A stretch of 64,000 bases of DNA from Kiloniellales bacterium (lineage in GTDB: Bacteria; Pseudomonadota; Alphaproteobacteria; Kiloniellales; JAKSDN01), in assembly GCA_050330055.1 (NCBI GenBank), contig JBHJOF010000282.1, positions 8,769 to 72,768 on the forward strand, read 5' to 3'. A program made the position numbers and the translations under genes. Under the pieces are notes generated by a model, which worked only from the letters and a program-made list of their open reading frames with translations, did not search any database and was not told the origin of the DNA. Below, piece by piece: positions 37,163 to 46,047 of the stretch. How positions within the stretch are numbered: position 1 is the first letter of the stretch; each line of letters opens with the position of its first letter.

Positions 37163-37513
37163 CCGCGCGTCCGAAGGGCCGCCGCCCGGCGCAATGGGCC
37201 CGTCGACTTGGAGTCCAGGGGCAAAGTCCCCATCTGTGGGGCTTACCGGCAGACCTGTAGGGAGTTGGCCTGGTGCCTTGTCCCGTTCGAGCCCGGCGGG
37301 CGAAGAACGGCGTGGCCACCACAACTTTATCACAGCCTCTCCGGCGGCGATCTGTCTATGCCTGAGAGCGCCCATTTCCGGGGCATTGGAGGGGTTTACC
37401 GTCGCGCTCGCGATTCGGCCGGAAAGAGGGTAGGGTTTAGGAGCATTTGGCGAGGTGTATGTGACGCGGGGCGGGTGAGACGGACCCGAAGGGAGCGATC
37501 GGGAGCGCAGGGT

Positions 37514-38053
37514 ATGAACCGCCCGCTCATCATTGTGGCCTGTTGCGCCGCGCTGCTGGCCGCGTGCCAGCCGATGGAGCGCAGGGGAGTTGCCTTGCCC
37601 GAATCCGAATGGTCTTCGGATCGGGTGCAGCAGCTCACGCGCCCCAGCATGGCGACGCCGGGGATGCAGGAGACCGAGGCTTCCGAGGTGCCCCTGCCGC
37701 GGCGCCGGCCCGAGCAGCTTGCCGCTATCGCCCCGCTGCCTCAGACCAGCACAGGAACCGAGACCGAGCAGGACGGCAGTGCCGACATGCAGATCGATCA
37801 GCTCGTTGGCCTCGATTTCGAGCACATCAGGGCGCTGCTCGGCTTTCCGGCGCTGGACGAAGTGCAGGCCCCGGCGCGGGTCTGGGCCTACAATGGCAGC
37901 GGCTGCGTGCTCAGCATTTTCTTCTATCCGCATGTCGACGGCAGCACCTACCGGGCTCTGACCTACGAGGTCAAAGGCGGCGACGATTCGGCGGAGTTCC
38001 GTAACCGCTGCTTCGCCGAGTTGGTAGAGGAGAAGGCAAAAGAAGGAACATAG
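37514..38053 (+). CDS. Lipoprotein of unknown function
   Basis: MNRPLIIVACCAALLAAC lipobox (LAAC). High GC3. The stop lies 2 nt before the response-regulator ATG. Confidence 0.6.
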   Translation: MNRPLIIVACCAALLAACQPMERRGVALPESEWSSDRVQQLTRPSMATPGMQETEASEVPLPRRRPEQLAAIAPLPQTSTGTETEQDGSADMQIDQLVGLDFEHIRALLGFPALDEVQAPARVWAYNGSGCVLSIFFYPHVDGSTYRALTYEVKGGDDSAEFRNRCFAELVEEKAKEGT

Positions 38054-38055
38054 GC

Positions 38056-38829
38056 ATGACCGCTCTGCAACCGACCATCGTTGAAGCTGAGCTGAAGCGC
38101 ATCGTTATCGTCGATGACGACGATTTGTTTCGTGAGTCCCTTGGCCTCAATCTGGCCGAGGAAGGCTTTGAAGTGGTCGACTTTGATTGCGGCGAGGCGG
38201 CGCTCGAGTTCTTTTTCGGTGGTGAGGCCGCCGACGCCGTGCTGCTCGACTGGCGCATGCCCGGGATCGACGGCCTGGGCGTGCTGCGCAGCCTGCGGCA
38301 GCGGCGCATCGAGACACCGGTCATCTTCCTTACCGTGCTGAGCGACGAGATCTACGAGGAAGCGGCGCTCAAGTGGGGCGCGGTCGACTTCATCGACAAG
38401 TCGCGCCGGCTCTCGATCATCCTGCAACGGCTCAAGCTGATCACCGAGGGGACCAAGCCGGGCAGCGGCGACGGCGGCCCCGACTCGACGTCACTGCGCG
38501 ACGGCCCGCTGGAGCTCAGGATCGACATCAAGCGGGCCTTCTGGAACGGCCAGCAGATCGACCTGACGCTCACCGAGTTCGCCATCGTGCGCTATCTGGT
38601 GAACCGGCCGGGGGCGGACGTGACCTATCGCCAGATTTACGACTTGGTGCGTGGCAAGGACTTCGTCGCCGGCTATGGCCCGGATGGCTATCGCGCCAAC
38701 GTGCGCTCCTTCATCAAGCGTATTCGCAAGAAGTTCCGTGACATCGATGGCGACTTCGACTGCATCGAGAACTACCCGGGCTTCGGCTATCGCTGGCGCA
38801 GCAAGGCGACCGCTGGCGCCGCGCGCTAG
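38056..38829 (+). CDS. OmpR-family response regulator (receiver plus winged helix)
   Basis: Receiver motifs VDDDD...DWRMPGIDG...FLT. C-terminal trans_reg_C-like LTLTEFAIVRYLV...GFGYRW. Confidence 0.9.
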   Translation: MTALQPTIVEAELKRIVIVDDDDLFRESLGLNLAEEGFEVVDFDCGEAALEFFFGGEAADAVLLDWRMPGIDGLGVLRSLRQRRIETPVIFLTVLSDEIYEEAALKWGAVDFIDKSRRLSIILQRLKLITEGTKPGSGDGGPDSTSLRDGPLELRIDIKRAFWNGQQIDLTLTEFAIVRYLVNRPGADVTYRQIYDLVRGKDFVAGYGPDGYRANVRSFIKRIRKKFRDIDGDFDCIENYPGFGYRWRSKATAGAAR

Positions 38830-38840
38830 CGGATGAGGAC

Positions 38841-40430
38841 GTGACCCCGGTCGAGAACATCGAGGCGCTTGGCAGGGCGGCGCCCGCGAGCCGGGGGGCG
38901 CCGCTGTCGGCGACGTCGCAGCTCTTCCGCTCGCTGGTCAGCAAGCTGTTCCTGCTGCTGCTGGTCTTCGTGACCGTGCCGATGATCCTCTACACCCAGT
39001 TCCAGCAGGCCGACGCCGAGAAGCGCGTCCTCTTGCTGGAGAGCGCGCGCGAGCAAGGGCGGCTTCTGGCCGAGAGCCTGCGCCCGATCATGAACCGCGA
39101 GGAGCCCTCGCCGCTTCTGGCGCTGCCGGACGAGGTCAAGCGTCTGTCCAAGCCGCCGACCGGCCTCAAGGTGCTGTTCCGGCCGCAGGGCGAAACCGGC
39201 GCCGAGAGCTTCTTCTTCGTCGCCGCCGAGCCGCCGGTGGCGCCGAGCGAGCTCGATGCCGAGCGCGACCGCCTGATCGAGCGCGGCGTCTTCACCAACC
39301 TGGCCAGCAGCTGCGCCGGCGAGCTGCCGATCGCCCTGCGCCACGCCGACCCCCAGCGCCAGGAGGAACTGCTGACCTCGATCACGCCGATCCGCACGCC
39401 GGTCGGCTGCTGGGTCGTGGTGACGACGCACGACACCGGCGCCTTCCTCGGCGCCTCGATCGGCCAGCCCTACTGGCAGACCATCGAGGTGCAGGTGGCC
39501 GGCGCGATCTACCTGGCGATGGCGCTCTTGACCATCGGCGTGTTCTTCAGCATCTGGCGCTCGCTCATGCGCTTCCGCAACCTGGCCCGCAGCATCCGCA
39601 CCGGCGTCGTCGAGGGTACCAGCTTCGCGCAGCAGAACCGGGTGCCGGAGCTCGCCGTGGTCGCCGGCGAGTTCGACCGCATGACGCGGGCGCTGCAGGA
39701 TTCTTCGGAAGGCATCCGGCGCGCTGCGGAAGACAACGCCCATGCCTTCAAAACGCCGATCGCCATCATGCGCCAGTCGCTCGAGCCGCTGCGCCGCATC
39801 ATCCCGCTCGACAACACCCGCGGCCGGCGCGCGCTCGACGTACTCGAAGAGTCGGTCGATCGGCTCGACTATCTCGTCGCCTGCGCGCGCCAGCTCGAGG
39901 AATCGACGGCCGAGATGATCGACGCGCCACGCGCCGAGCTCGACCTGTCGCAGCTCGTCGGTCGCATGCTCGATGCCTATGCCGACAGCTTCATGAGCCG
40001 CCTGGTCTATCTCGACACCAAGATCCAGCCCCAGGTCATCGTCAGCGCCAGCGAGGACCTGTTGGAGACGGTGGTCGAGAACGTGGTCGACAACGCGCTC
40101 AGCGTGGCTCCGGAGGGCAGCGGCATCACCGTGGCGCTCCGCAGGGTCGGCACTGAGGCGGAGCTGGTGATCCGCGACCAGGGGCCGGGCGTGCCGCCGG
40201 CCTATCTGAAGCGCATCTTCGAGCGCTACATCTCGCTGCGGCCCAAGAACACCGAGGAAACGAAGCGCGCCAGCGGCCGCCGCGAGAAGCCCGACAGCTC
40301 CGACTCCCATCCCGGCATCGGCCTCTGGATAGTGCGCCGCAACCTGGAATCCCTGGGCGGCAGCGTGCGCGCCGAGAACCAGCCGGGCGGCGGGCTGGCC
40401 GTTATCATGCGCCTGCCGCTCGTCCGCTAA
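38841..40430 (+). CDS. Sensor histidine kinase (2 TM, periplasmic domain, HisKA, HATPase_c)
   Basis: H-box NAHAFKTPIAI, N-box VVDNAL, G-boxes DQGPGV and GIGLWIV. Two hydrophobic segments flank a periplasmic region of about 170 aa. Confidence 0.9.
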   Translation: MTPVENIEALGRAAPASRGAPLSATSQLFRSLVSKLFLLLLVFVTVPMILYTQFQQADAEKRVLLLESAREQGRLLAESLRPIMNREEPSPLLALPDEVKRLSKPPTGLKVLFRPQGETGAESFFFVAAEPPVAPSELDAERDRLIERGVFTNLASSCAGELPIALRHADPQRQEELLTSITPIRTPVGCWVVVTTHDTGAFLGASIGQPYWQTIEVQVAGAIYLAMALLTIGVFFSIWRSLMRFRNLARSIRTGVVEGTSFAQQNRVPELAVVAGEFDRMTRALQDSSEGIRRAAEDNAHAFKTPIAIMRQSLEPLRRIIPLDNTRGRRALDVLEESVDRLDYLVACARQLEESTAEMIDAPRAELDLSQLVGRMLDAYADSFMSRLVYLDTKIQPQVIVSASEDLLETVVENVVDNALSVAPEGSGITVALRRVGTEAELVIRDQGPGVPPAYLKRIFERYISLRPKNTEETKRASGRREKPDSSDSHPGIGLWIVRRNLESLGGSVRAENQPGGGLAVIMRLPLVR

Positions 40431-40456
40431 CCCGCTGAAATACGCGGGTATTTTCC
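40430..40456 (+). terminator. Rho-independent terminator candidate after the kinase gene
   Basis: ACCCGC (40430-40435) pairs with GCGGGT (40444-40449) across an 8-nt loop, followed by ATTTTCC. Confidence 0.55.
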
Positions 40457-40618
40457 GGCTTCTCCGGGCCCTTGTGCCACAACTTTGACGCACGACAGGC
40501 CACCGCCTGCATCGTATGGTCAAAGCACATCTCCGGCGGGAATGCATGCTAACGACGGCCTCGCCGGCTTCGGAGCAAGCCCTGCGGAGCAAAGCGTGGA
40601 GAGCCGGCGAGATCGACT

Positions 40619-41149
40619 ATGAGGCAAAAGACCTCTTCGGGCGGATGCCTTCCCGACCTCCCCCTTGACCGGCTGGACCCCCCCCAGGTCCGGCCGGTGT
40701 TCTCTTGTCCTGATGCCATTGCCGACAGCCTGTCGCGGCTGGGTCGCCTTCACCTGAGGCTGACGCTGCTGCGCGTGCTGCTGCCGGCCCAGGGCTCCCC
40801 CCAGGGCTCCCCCCAGGACGCCAGGGGCCGCGAAACGGTGCTCGAAGCGGTGGCCGACGTCGACGATCCTTCGCTGATCGTCGAGATGGCGTCCGACGGC
40901 AGCCTACTGGTTTTGGCCTACGGGCCGCGCTCGGCGAGCGCCGAGGGCGACCGCCTGGTCGCGGCCGAACTGGCGATACGCCTGCTGGGTGCGCTGTCGA
41001 AGCGCCTCGATCTGGAGCTGCTGGCGGCCGCGCAGGTGGCGGTGCTGCACAGCTGGTCGGACGGTCTCGATCCGGCCACGGCGAGCCAGCACGAGCTTGC
41101 CTGCGAGCCGCTGGTGCCGCTGCACACGCTGCTGCGCCTCGCCGCCTGA
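40619..41149 (+). CDS. Hypothetical protein (no recognisable domain)
   Basis: 176-aa ORF with consistently high GC3. Contains a QGSPQGSPQ duplication. No motif recognised. Confidence 0.45.
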   Translation: MRQKTSSGGCLPDLPLDRLDPPQVRPVFSCPDAIADSLSRLGRLHLRLTLLRVLLPAQGSPQGSPQDARGRETVLEAVADVDDPSLIVEMASDGSLLVLAYGPRSASAEGDRLVAAELAIRLLGALSKRLDLELLAAAQVAVLHSWSDGLDPATASQHELACEPLVPLHTLLRLAA

Positions 41150-41204
41150 CTCTCCGAACCGCCTAGCCTACTTTCAATTCGCTCCTCGCCAGGGGCTAAC
41201 GCCT

Positions 41205-41400
41205 GTCTTTCTCATCGCTTGCGCGATGGACTCTTGTTTTCACCCTCACCCTCCCACGCGCTCACGCGCCCTGTGGTCCATTGGGGCCCCTCCCTCTCCC
41301 CTCCGAGGGAGAGGCAAACAAACAGGCGCGCTGCAATCCCCTCTCCCTTGAGGGGAGAGGGAGGAGCCCATCGCGCAAGCGATGGGAGGGTGAGGGTGGT
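41205..41400. repeat. Composite REP-like nested palindromic element
   Basis: Hairpins CATCGCTTGCGCGATG (41212-41227) and its inverted copy CATCGCGCAAGCGATG (41369-41384). CACCCTCACCCTCCCA (41241-41256) pairs with TGGGAGGGTGAGGGTG (41382-41397). Inner hairpins are CCTCTCCCCTCCGAGGGAGAGG and CCCCTCTCCCTTGAGGGGAGAGGG. Confidence 0.7.
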
Positions 41401-41413
41401 GCTTCGGCAGGCT

Positions 41414-43210
41414 TCAGCGCCCGATCGCGTAGCCCTGCATGAAGCGCGGGTTGGCGGCGGCCTTGATGAGATCGCCGTCGCGCCGCGCCGCCGAGATGCG
41501 GCCGAGCGACCAGCCGTCGACCACGCTCACCCGGTGGCCGCGCCGGCGCAGCTCTTTCGCCGTGGCTTCGGGGAAGCGATCCTCCAGCGACAGCGAGCCC
41601 AAGTCGGCGCTGCGCGGCCAGAACGACGAGGGCATGTGGTCGGTCTGGAACATCGGCGTATCGATCGCCTGCTGCAGGTTCAGGCCGTGATGGACGTGGC
41701 GCAGGAAGAAGGTGAGCGTCCACTGGTCCTGGTAGTCGCCGCCCGGCGTGCCGAAGACCATGTGCGGCCTGCCGTCCTTCAGCGCCAGGTTGACCGAGAG
41801 CGTGGTGCGCGGCCGCTTGCCGGGCGCCAGGCTGGCCGGCACATTCTCTTCGAGCCAGAACATCTGCGCCCGGCTGTTCAGGCAGAAGCCGAGCGCCGGG
41901 ATGGTCGGCGAGCTCTGCAGCCAGCCGCCCGAAGGCGTCGCCGAGACCATGTTGCCGGCGCGGTCGATGACGTCGACGTGGCAGGTGTCGCCGCGCTGAC
42001 CGCCGGTCTGTACGGTCGGCTCGCCGCCGCCCAGCGCGTCGAAGTCGTCGGCCAGTGCTTCGCGCGCCGCCAGCGCGAAGTCGAGCGCGCTGCCGTAGCC
42101 GGGAATTACGCCGGGTCGCAGTTCCATCGAAGCCTCGCGGCCGACCAGCTTGCGTCGTTCATCGTTGTAATCGGCTGACAGCAGGCGATCGAGCGGCACC
42201 GCGACGAAGTCGGGATCGCCGTAGAAGGATTCACGGTCGGCGAATGCCAGCTTGGCGCACTCGGTGACCGTGTGGACGAAGTCCGGCCCGGTCGGGTCCA
42301 TGGCCGCCAGGTCGAAGCCGGCGAGCAGCGCCAATTGCTGCAGGAACACCGGGCCCTGGCTCCAGGGCCCGCCCTTGCAGAGCGTGTAGCCGTGGTAGCC
42401 GAAGGTGACCGGGCGCTCTTTGCTGCACTGCCAGCGCGCCATGTCGTCGGCCGTCAGCACGCCGGCGTGGCGCCGGCCGGAGCTGTCCATCAGCTCGTTC
42501 CTGCGGCAGAAGTCGTCGATCGCCTCGGCGACGAAGCCCTGGTACCAGGCGCGCCGCATGGCCTCGATCTGCTTGTCGCGGTCGCCGCCGGCCGCCTCGC
42601 CCTCGGCCAGCAGGCGCTTGTAGGTCTCTGCCAGGGTTCTGTTGGTGAAGCGGCTGCCGGCGGCTGGCGGTTCGCCGTTCGGCAGGTAGAGCGCGGCCGA
42701 GCTCGGCCACTCATCGCGGAACAGATCGGCCACGCGCTCGATGGTCTCGCGGATCAGCGGCACGATGACGAAGCCGTTCTCGGCGTAGTCGATGGCATGG
42801 GCCAGCACGTCGCGCGGTTTCAGCGTGCCATGGTCGCGCAGCAGCAGCATCCAGGCGTCGAAGGCGCCGGGCACCACGGTCGCCAGCAGGCCGCTGCCGG
42901 GCACCAGGTCGAGCCCCAGGCCGCGATAGTGGGCGATGGTGGCGCCGGCCGGCGCCACGCCCTGGCCGCAGATCACCTCGACGCTCTCCAGCCCGTCGCC
43001 CTTGCGCGCGTCGGAGAGGATGATCGGCACCTCGCCGCCGGGACCGTTCAGGTGCGGCTCGACCACCTGCAGGGCGAAGCCGGCGGCGACCGCGGCGTCG
43101 AAGGCGTTGCCGCCGGCCTCCAGCATGGCCATGCCGGCGGCCGAGCCCAGCCAGTGGGTCGAGGCGACGGCGCCGAAGGTTCCGGTGATCTCGGGGCGGG
43201 TGGTGAACAT
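41414..43210 (-). CDS. Gamma-glutamyltransferase family protein
   Basis: About 598 aa from MFTTRPEITGTFGAVASTHWLGSAAGMAMLEAGGNAFDAAVAA. GGT-type nucleophile region GGDTCHVDVIDRAGNMVSATPSGG. Confidence 0.88.
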   Translation of the reverse strand: MFTTRPEITGTFGAVASTHWLGSAAGMAMLEAGGNAFDAAVAAGFALQVVEPHLNGPGGEVPIILSDARKGDGLESVEVICGQGVAPAGATIAHYRGLGLDLVPGSGLLATVVPGAFDAWMLLLRDHGTLKPRDVLAHAIDYAENGFVIVPLIRETIERVADLFRDEWPSSAALYLPNGEPPAAGSRFTNRTLAETYKRLLAEGEAAGGDRDKQIEAMRRAWYQGFVAEAIDDFCRRNELMDSSGRRHAGVLTADDMARWQCSKERPVTFGYHGYTLCKGGPWSQGPVFLQQLALLAGFDLAAMDPTGPDFVHTVTECAKLAFADRESFYGDPDFVAVPLDRLLSADYNDERRKLVGREASMELRPGVIPGYGSALDFALAAREALADDFDALGGGEPTVQTGGQRGDTCHVDVIDRAGNMVSATPSGGWLQSSPTIPALGFCLNSRAQMFWLEENVPASLAPGKRPRTTLSVNLALKDGRPHMVFGTPGGDYQDQWTLTFFLRHVHHGLNLQQAIDTPMFQTDHMPSSFWPRSADLGSLSLEDRFPEATAKELRRRGHRVSVVDGWSLGRISAARRDGDLIKAAANPRFMQGYAIGR

Positions 43211-43391
43211 CGCGGTCTCTCTCCAGTCCTGTCGCTCGCCGTTGTCCTGCCCAGCGTGTTGGCGGTCAAGGCACCCGCCCGGTGGCGCGCCCACTTACTT
43301 GCATTGCACTGTGGCTTGGCGGGAAGGCCCGAATGGGCCTCGCTAGCTGTATCGTAGCCCAGCATAGCCCGGGGCCGGCGCCGGCGGAAGG

Positions 43392-43430
43392 GGCCCAAAT
43401 TCCGGCCCAAGTTCCGGCCCAAATTCCGGC
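43392..43430. repeat. 12-bp tandem repeat, 3.2 copies
   Basis: GGCCCAAATTCC / GGCCCAAGTTCC / GGCCCAAATTCC / GGC, in the divergent intergenic region between the GGT-family gene and the DUF1611 gene. Confidence 0.8.
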
Positions 43431-43533
43431 TTGTCTCCCCCGGCTTGTCAGTAAGCCCGTGCTGTCGGATAACAGGGCGCAACAAGGCTGCCGTCCCCAT
43501 AAGGCGGCACAGCGACGGAGATGACCAGCCGCC

Positions 43534-44544
43534 ATGGAGATCGAGGCTCCTTATCTGCTGTTCCTCGGCGATGCCGCCGACCAGCTCGCCGCCAAGACCG
43601 CGCAAGGCGTGGCGCAATGGCGGCCCGAGCGCTGCCTGGGCCAGTTTCGCATGGACGGCTGCAACGCCGATCTGGGCCTAACCGACATGACCCTGGAGGC
43701 GGCCGCCGAGGCCGGCGCGCGCACCCTGGTGATCGGCGTCGCCAACCGGGGCGGCGTGATCTCTCAGGCCTGGATCGACCTACTGGAGCAGGCGCTCGAC
43801 CTCGGCCTCGATCTCGCTGCCGGCCTGCATAACCGCATGGTCGACGTGCCACGGCTGCGCGAGGCGGCGGCGCGCAACGGCCGCCGGCTGTTCGACGTAC
43901 GCCACCCGACGCAGCCGCTCGAGGTGGCGAACGGCAGGAAGCGGCCCGGCAAGCGCCTGCTGACCGTGGGCACCGACTGCTCGGTCGGCAAGATGTACGC
44001 CTCGCTGGCGCTCGAGAAGGAGATGCAGGCGCGCGGCCTGAAGGCCGACTTTCGGGCGACTGGCCAGACCGGCATCCTGATCGCCGGCTCCGGCATCTCG
44101 GTCGACGCGGTCGTGGCCGACTTCATTTCGGGCGCCACCGAGTGGCTGTCGCCGGCCAACGACGACGACCACTGGGACCTGATCGAGGGTCAGGGCTCGC
44201 TGTTCCATGCCTCCTTCGCCGGCGTCTCCATGGGCCTGCTGCACGGCGCCCAGGCCGACGCCCTGGTGCTCTGCCACGAGCCGACGCGGTCGCATATGCG
44301 CGGCCTGCCCGACTATCCGCTGCCCGACCTGCAGCTCTGCATCGACGCCAACCTGGCGGCCGGGCGCCTGACCAACCCGGCGGTGCGCTGCGTCGGCGTG
44401 GCGATCAACACGGCCAGACTCGAACAGGCAGCAGCAGAGGCACTGCTCGAGGAGACCGAGCGGCGCCTCGGCTTGCCGACCGTCGACCCTTTGCGCACCG
44501 GCGTCGGCCCGATCGTCGACCGGCTCCTGGACGGCACGGCGTGA
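43534..44544 (+). CDS. dgcN: DUF1611-family protein (DgcN-like N-acetyltransferase)
   Basis: 336 aa. P-loop-like GTDCSVGKMYASLALEKE and EGQGSLFHASFAGVSMGLLHG are typical of DUF1611. The symbol is by analogy only. Confidence 0.7.
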   Translation: MEIEAPYLLFLGDAADQLAAKTAQGVAQWRPERCLGQFRMDGCNADLGLTDMTLEAAAEAGARTLVIGVANRGGVISQAWIDLLEQALDLGLDLAAGLHNRMVDVPRLREAAARNGRRLFDVRHPTQPLEVANGRKRPGKRLLTVGTDCSVGKMYASLALEKEMQARGLKADFRATGQTGILIAGSGISVDAVVADFISGATEWLSPANDDDHWDLIEGQGSLFHASFAGVSMGLLHGAQADALVLCHEPTRSHMRGLPDYPLPDLQLCIDANLAAGRLTNPAVRCVGVAINTARLEQAAAEALLEETERRLGLPTVDPLRTGVGPIVDRLLDGTA

Positions 44545-44548
44545 CGCC

Positions 44549-45529
44549 ATGCCCGAGCTGATGGTCGCCGCCGAGAGCTGGCCGATTCGCGGCAGCTTCG
44601 CCATCTCGCGCGGCAGCAAGACCACGGCCGAGGTGGTGGTCGTCGAGCTGTCCGAGCAGGGCCTGGCGGGGCGCGGCGAGTGCGTGCCCTATGCCCGCTA
44701 CGGCGAGACCGTCGAGGGCGTGATCGCCGCCATCGAGGGCCTGCGCGGCCGACTGAAGGGCGGTCTCGACCGCCTCGGCCTGCAGGCGGCGCTGCCGGCC
44801 GGCGCGGCGCGCAACGCGCTCGACTGCGCCTTCTGGGACCTCGAGGCCAAGCGCGCCGGGCACCGGGTCTGGGACCTGCTCGGCCTGCCCCAGCCCAAGC
44901 CCACGACCACGGCCTACACGCTGTCGCTGGGCGACGTCGAAAGCATGGCGGCCGCCGCGGCGCGCGAGGCCAATCGCCCGCTGCTCAAGCTCAAGCTCTC
45001 CGGGCCGCAGGACCTGGCCCGCGTCGCCGCGGTGCGGCAGAGCGCGCCCAACGCCCGTTTGGTGGTCGACGCCAACGAGGGCTGGGCCATCGCCGACTAC
45101 GCCGAGCTGGCGCCCAAGCTGGCGGTGCTCGGCGTCGAGATGATCGAGCAGCCGTTGCCCGCCGGCAGCGATGCGGCGCTCGCCCGCATGCAGCGCCCGG
45201 TCAAGCTCTGCGCCGACGAATCCTGTCACGACGCCCAGACCCTGGCCGGGCTGGTCGGGCGCTACGACATGGTCAACATCAAGCTCGACAAGGCCGGCGG
45301 CCTGACCGAGGCGCTGCGCCTCAAGGCGGCGGCCGAGGCAGCCGGCTTCGGCATCATGGTCGGCTGCATGATCGGCACCTCTCTGGCCATGGCGCCGGCC
45401 CTGCTGGTGGCGCAGGGTGCAGCGGTGGTCGACCTCGATGGCCCGCTGCTGCTGGAGCGCGATCGCCCCGACGGCCTGCGCTACGACGACAGCCGCGTCC
45501 ATCCGCCCGAGCCGGCGCTGTGGGGCTAA
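44549..45529 (+). CDS. dgcA: Enolase-superfamily dipeptide epimerase / N-acyl amino acid racemase (DgcA-like)
   Basis: KLKLSG (KxK), VDANEGW, IEQPL, CADES and NIKLDKAGG are the catalytic and metal-ligand motifs of the L-Ala-D/L-Glu epimerase group. It starts 5 nt after the DUF1611 stop. Confidence 0.75.
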   Translation: MPELMVAAESWPIRGSFAISRGSKTTAEVVVVELSEQGLAGRGECVPYARYGETVEGVIAAIEGLRGRLKGGLDRLGLQAALPAGAARNALDCAFWDLEAKRAGHRVWDLLGLPQPKPTTTAYTLSLGDVESMAAAAAREANRPLLKLKLSGPQDLARVAAVRQSAPNARLVVDANEGWAIADYAELAPKLAVLGVEMIEQPLPAGSDAALARMQRPVKLCADESCHDAQTLAGLVGRYDMVNIKLDKAGGLTEALRLKAAAEAAGFGIMVGCMIGTSLAMAPALLVAQGAAVVDLDGPLLLERDRPDGLRYDDSRVHPPEPALWG

Positions 45530-45633
45530 GTCGCGAACGCATGGCGGGAAGTCGCGAGCGGACGGGACTCTGAGCCAAGCTTCCAAACGATGGCAACTTG
45601 CGCGGCCTGTTCCGGTAGCGTAGTCTAAGAATG

Positions 45634-45780
45634 ACGCAACCGCATCGGGCGCTCCGTCAACACGATCGTGCCTTTCAGGCGTATCGCCACGCACTACGAG
45701 AAATACGCCTCAAACGACCTAGCCATGCTCAAGGGCGCCGCATTCCGCAACTGGCGCCGCGGGAGTGAGTTCATGGCCTA
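45634..45780 (+). mobile_element. IS5-family (IS427/IS1031-like) transposase C-terminal remnant
   Basis: Translation is RNRIGRSVNTIVPFRRIATHYEKYASNDLAMLKGAAFRNWRRGSEFMA*. It matches the conserved IS5-family C-terminus (RNxVERxFNxLKxFRRIATRYDKLAxNxLAxxxLAxIRxWL). Only about 48 codons are present, preceded by an in-frame stop. Confidence 0.7.
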
Positions 45781-46047
45781 GGGGCTGGGGTACCCCAGCC
45801 TCGTCAGAAGCAAGCTTGCTTCCGCTGTTTCAACGCTCCGCCCAGGATAAACCGCTTCCCGGTGATGATGTAGTGCGGCGCGCCATCGTGCGTTGTGGCC
45901 GGACGAAGGTGTCCGCGAGGGACACGCTCGTTGCTGCCGTGCGGCAGAGGAAGCAGTTGTGATTGTGAAACGTCGAAAGTCTTGCGCAGTGATTCAGCAA
46001 TCGGTCTGAAGACTTGCGCTGGGCGGTTCGGAGATGGGAGAGCCCGC

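Noticed and set aside
40790-40813. 12-bp duplication CAGGGCTCCCCC x2 (encoding QGSPQGSP)
   Set aside because: It is a two-copy in-frame slippage product inside a hypothetical ORF, too small to interpret further.
43392-43430. Tandem 12-mers as a possible mini-CRISPR
   Set aside because: The units are contiguous with no spacers, and only about 3 copies are present. This is a simple tandem repeat.
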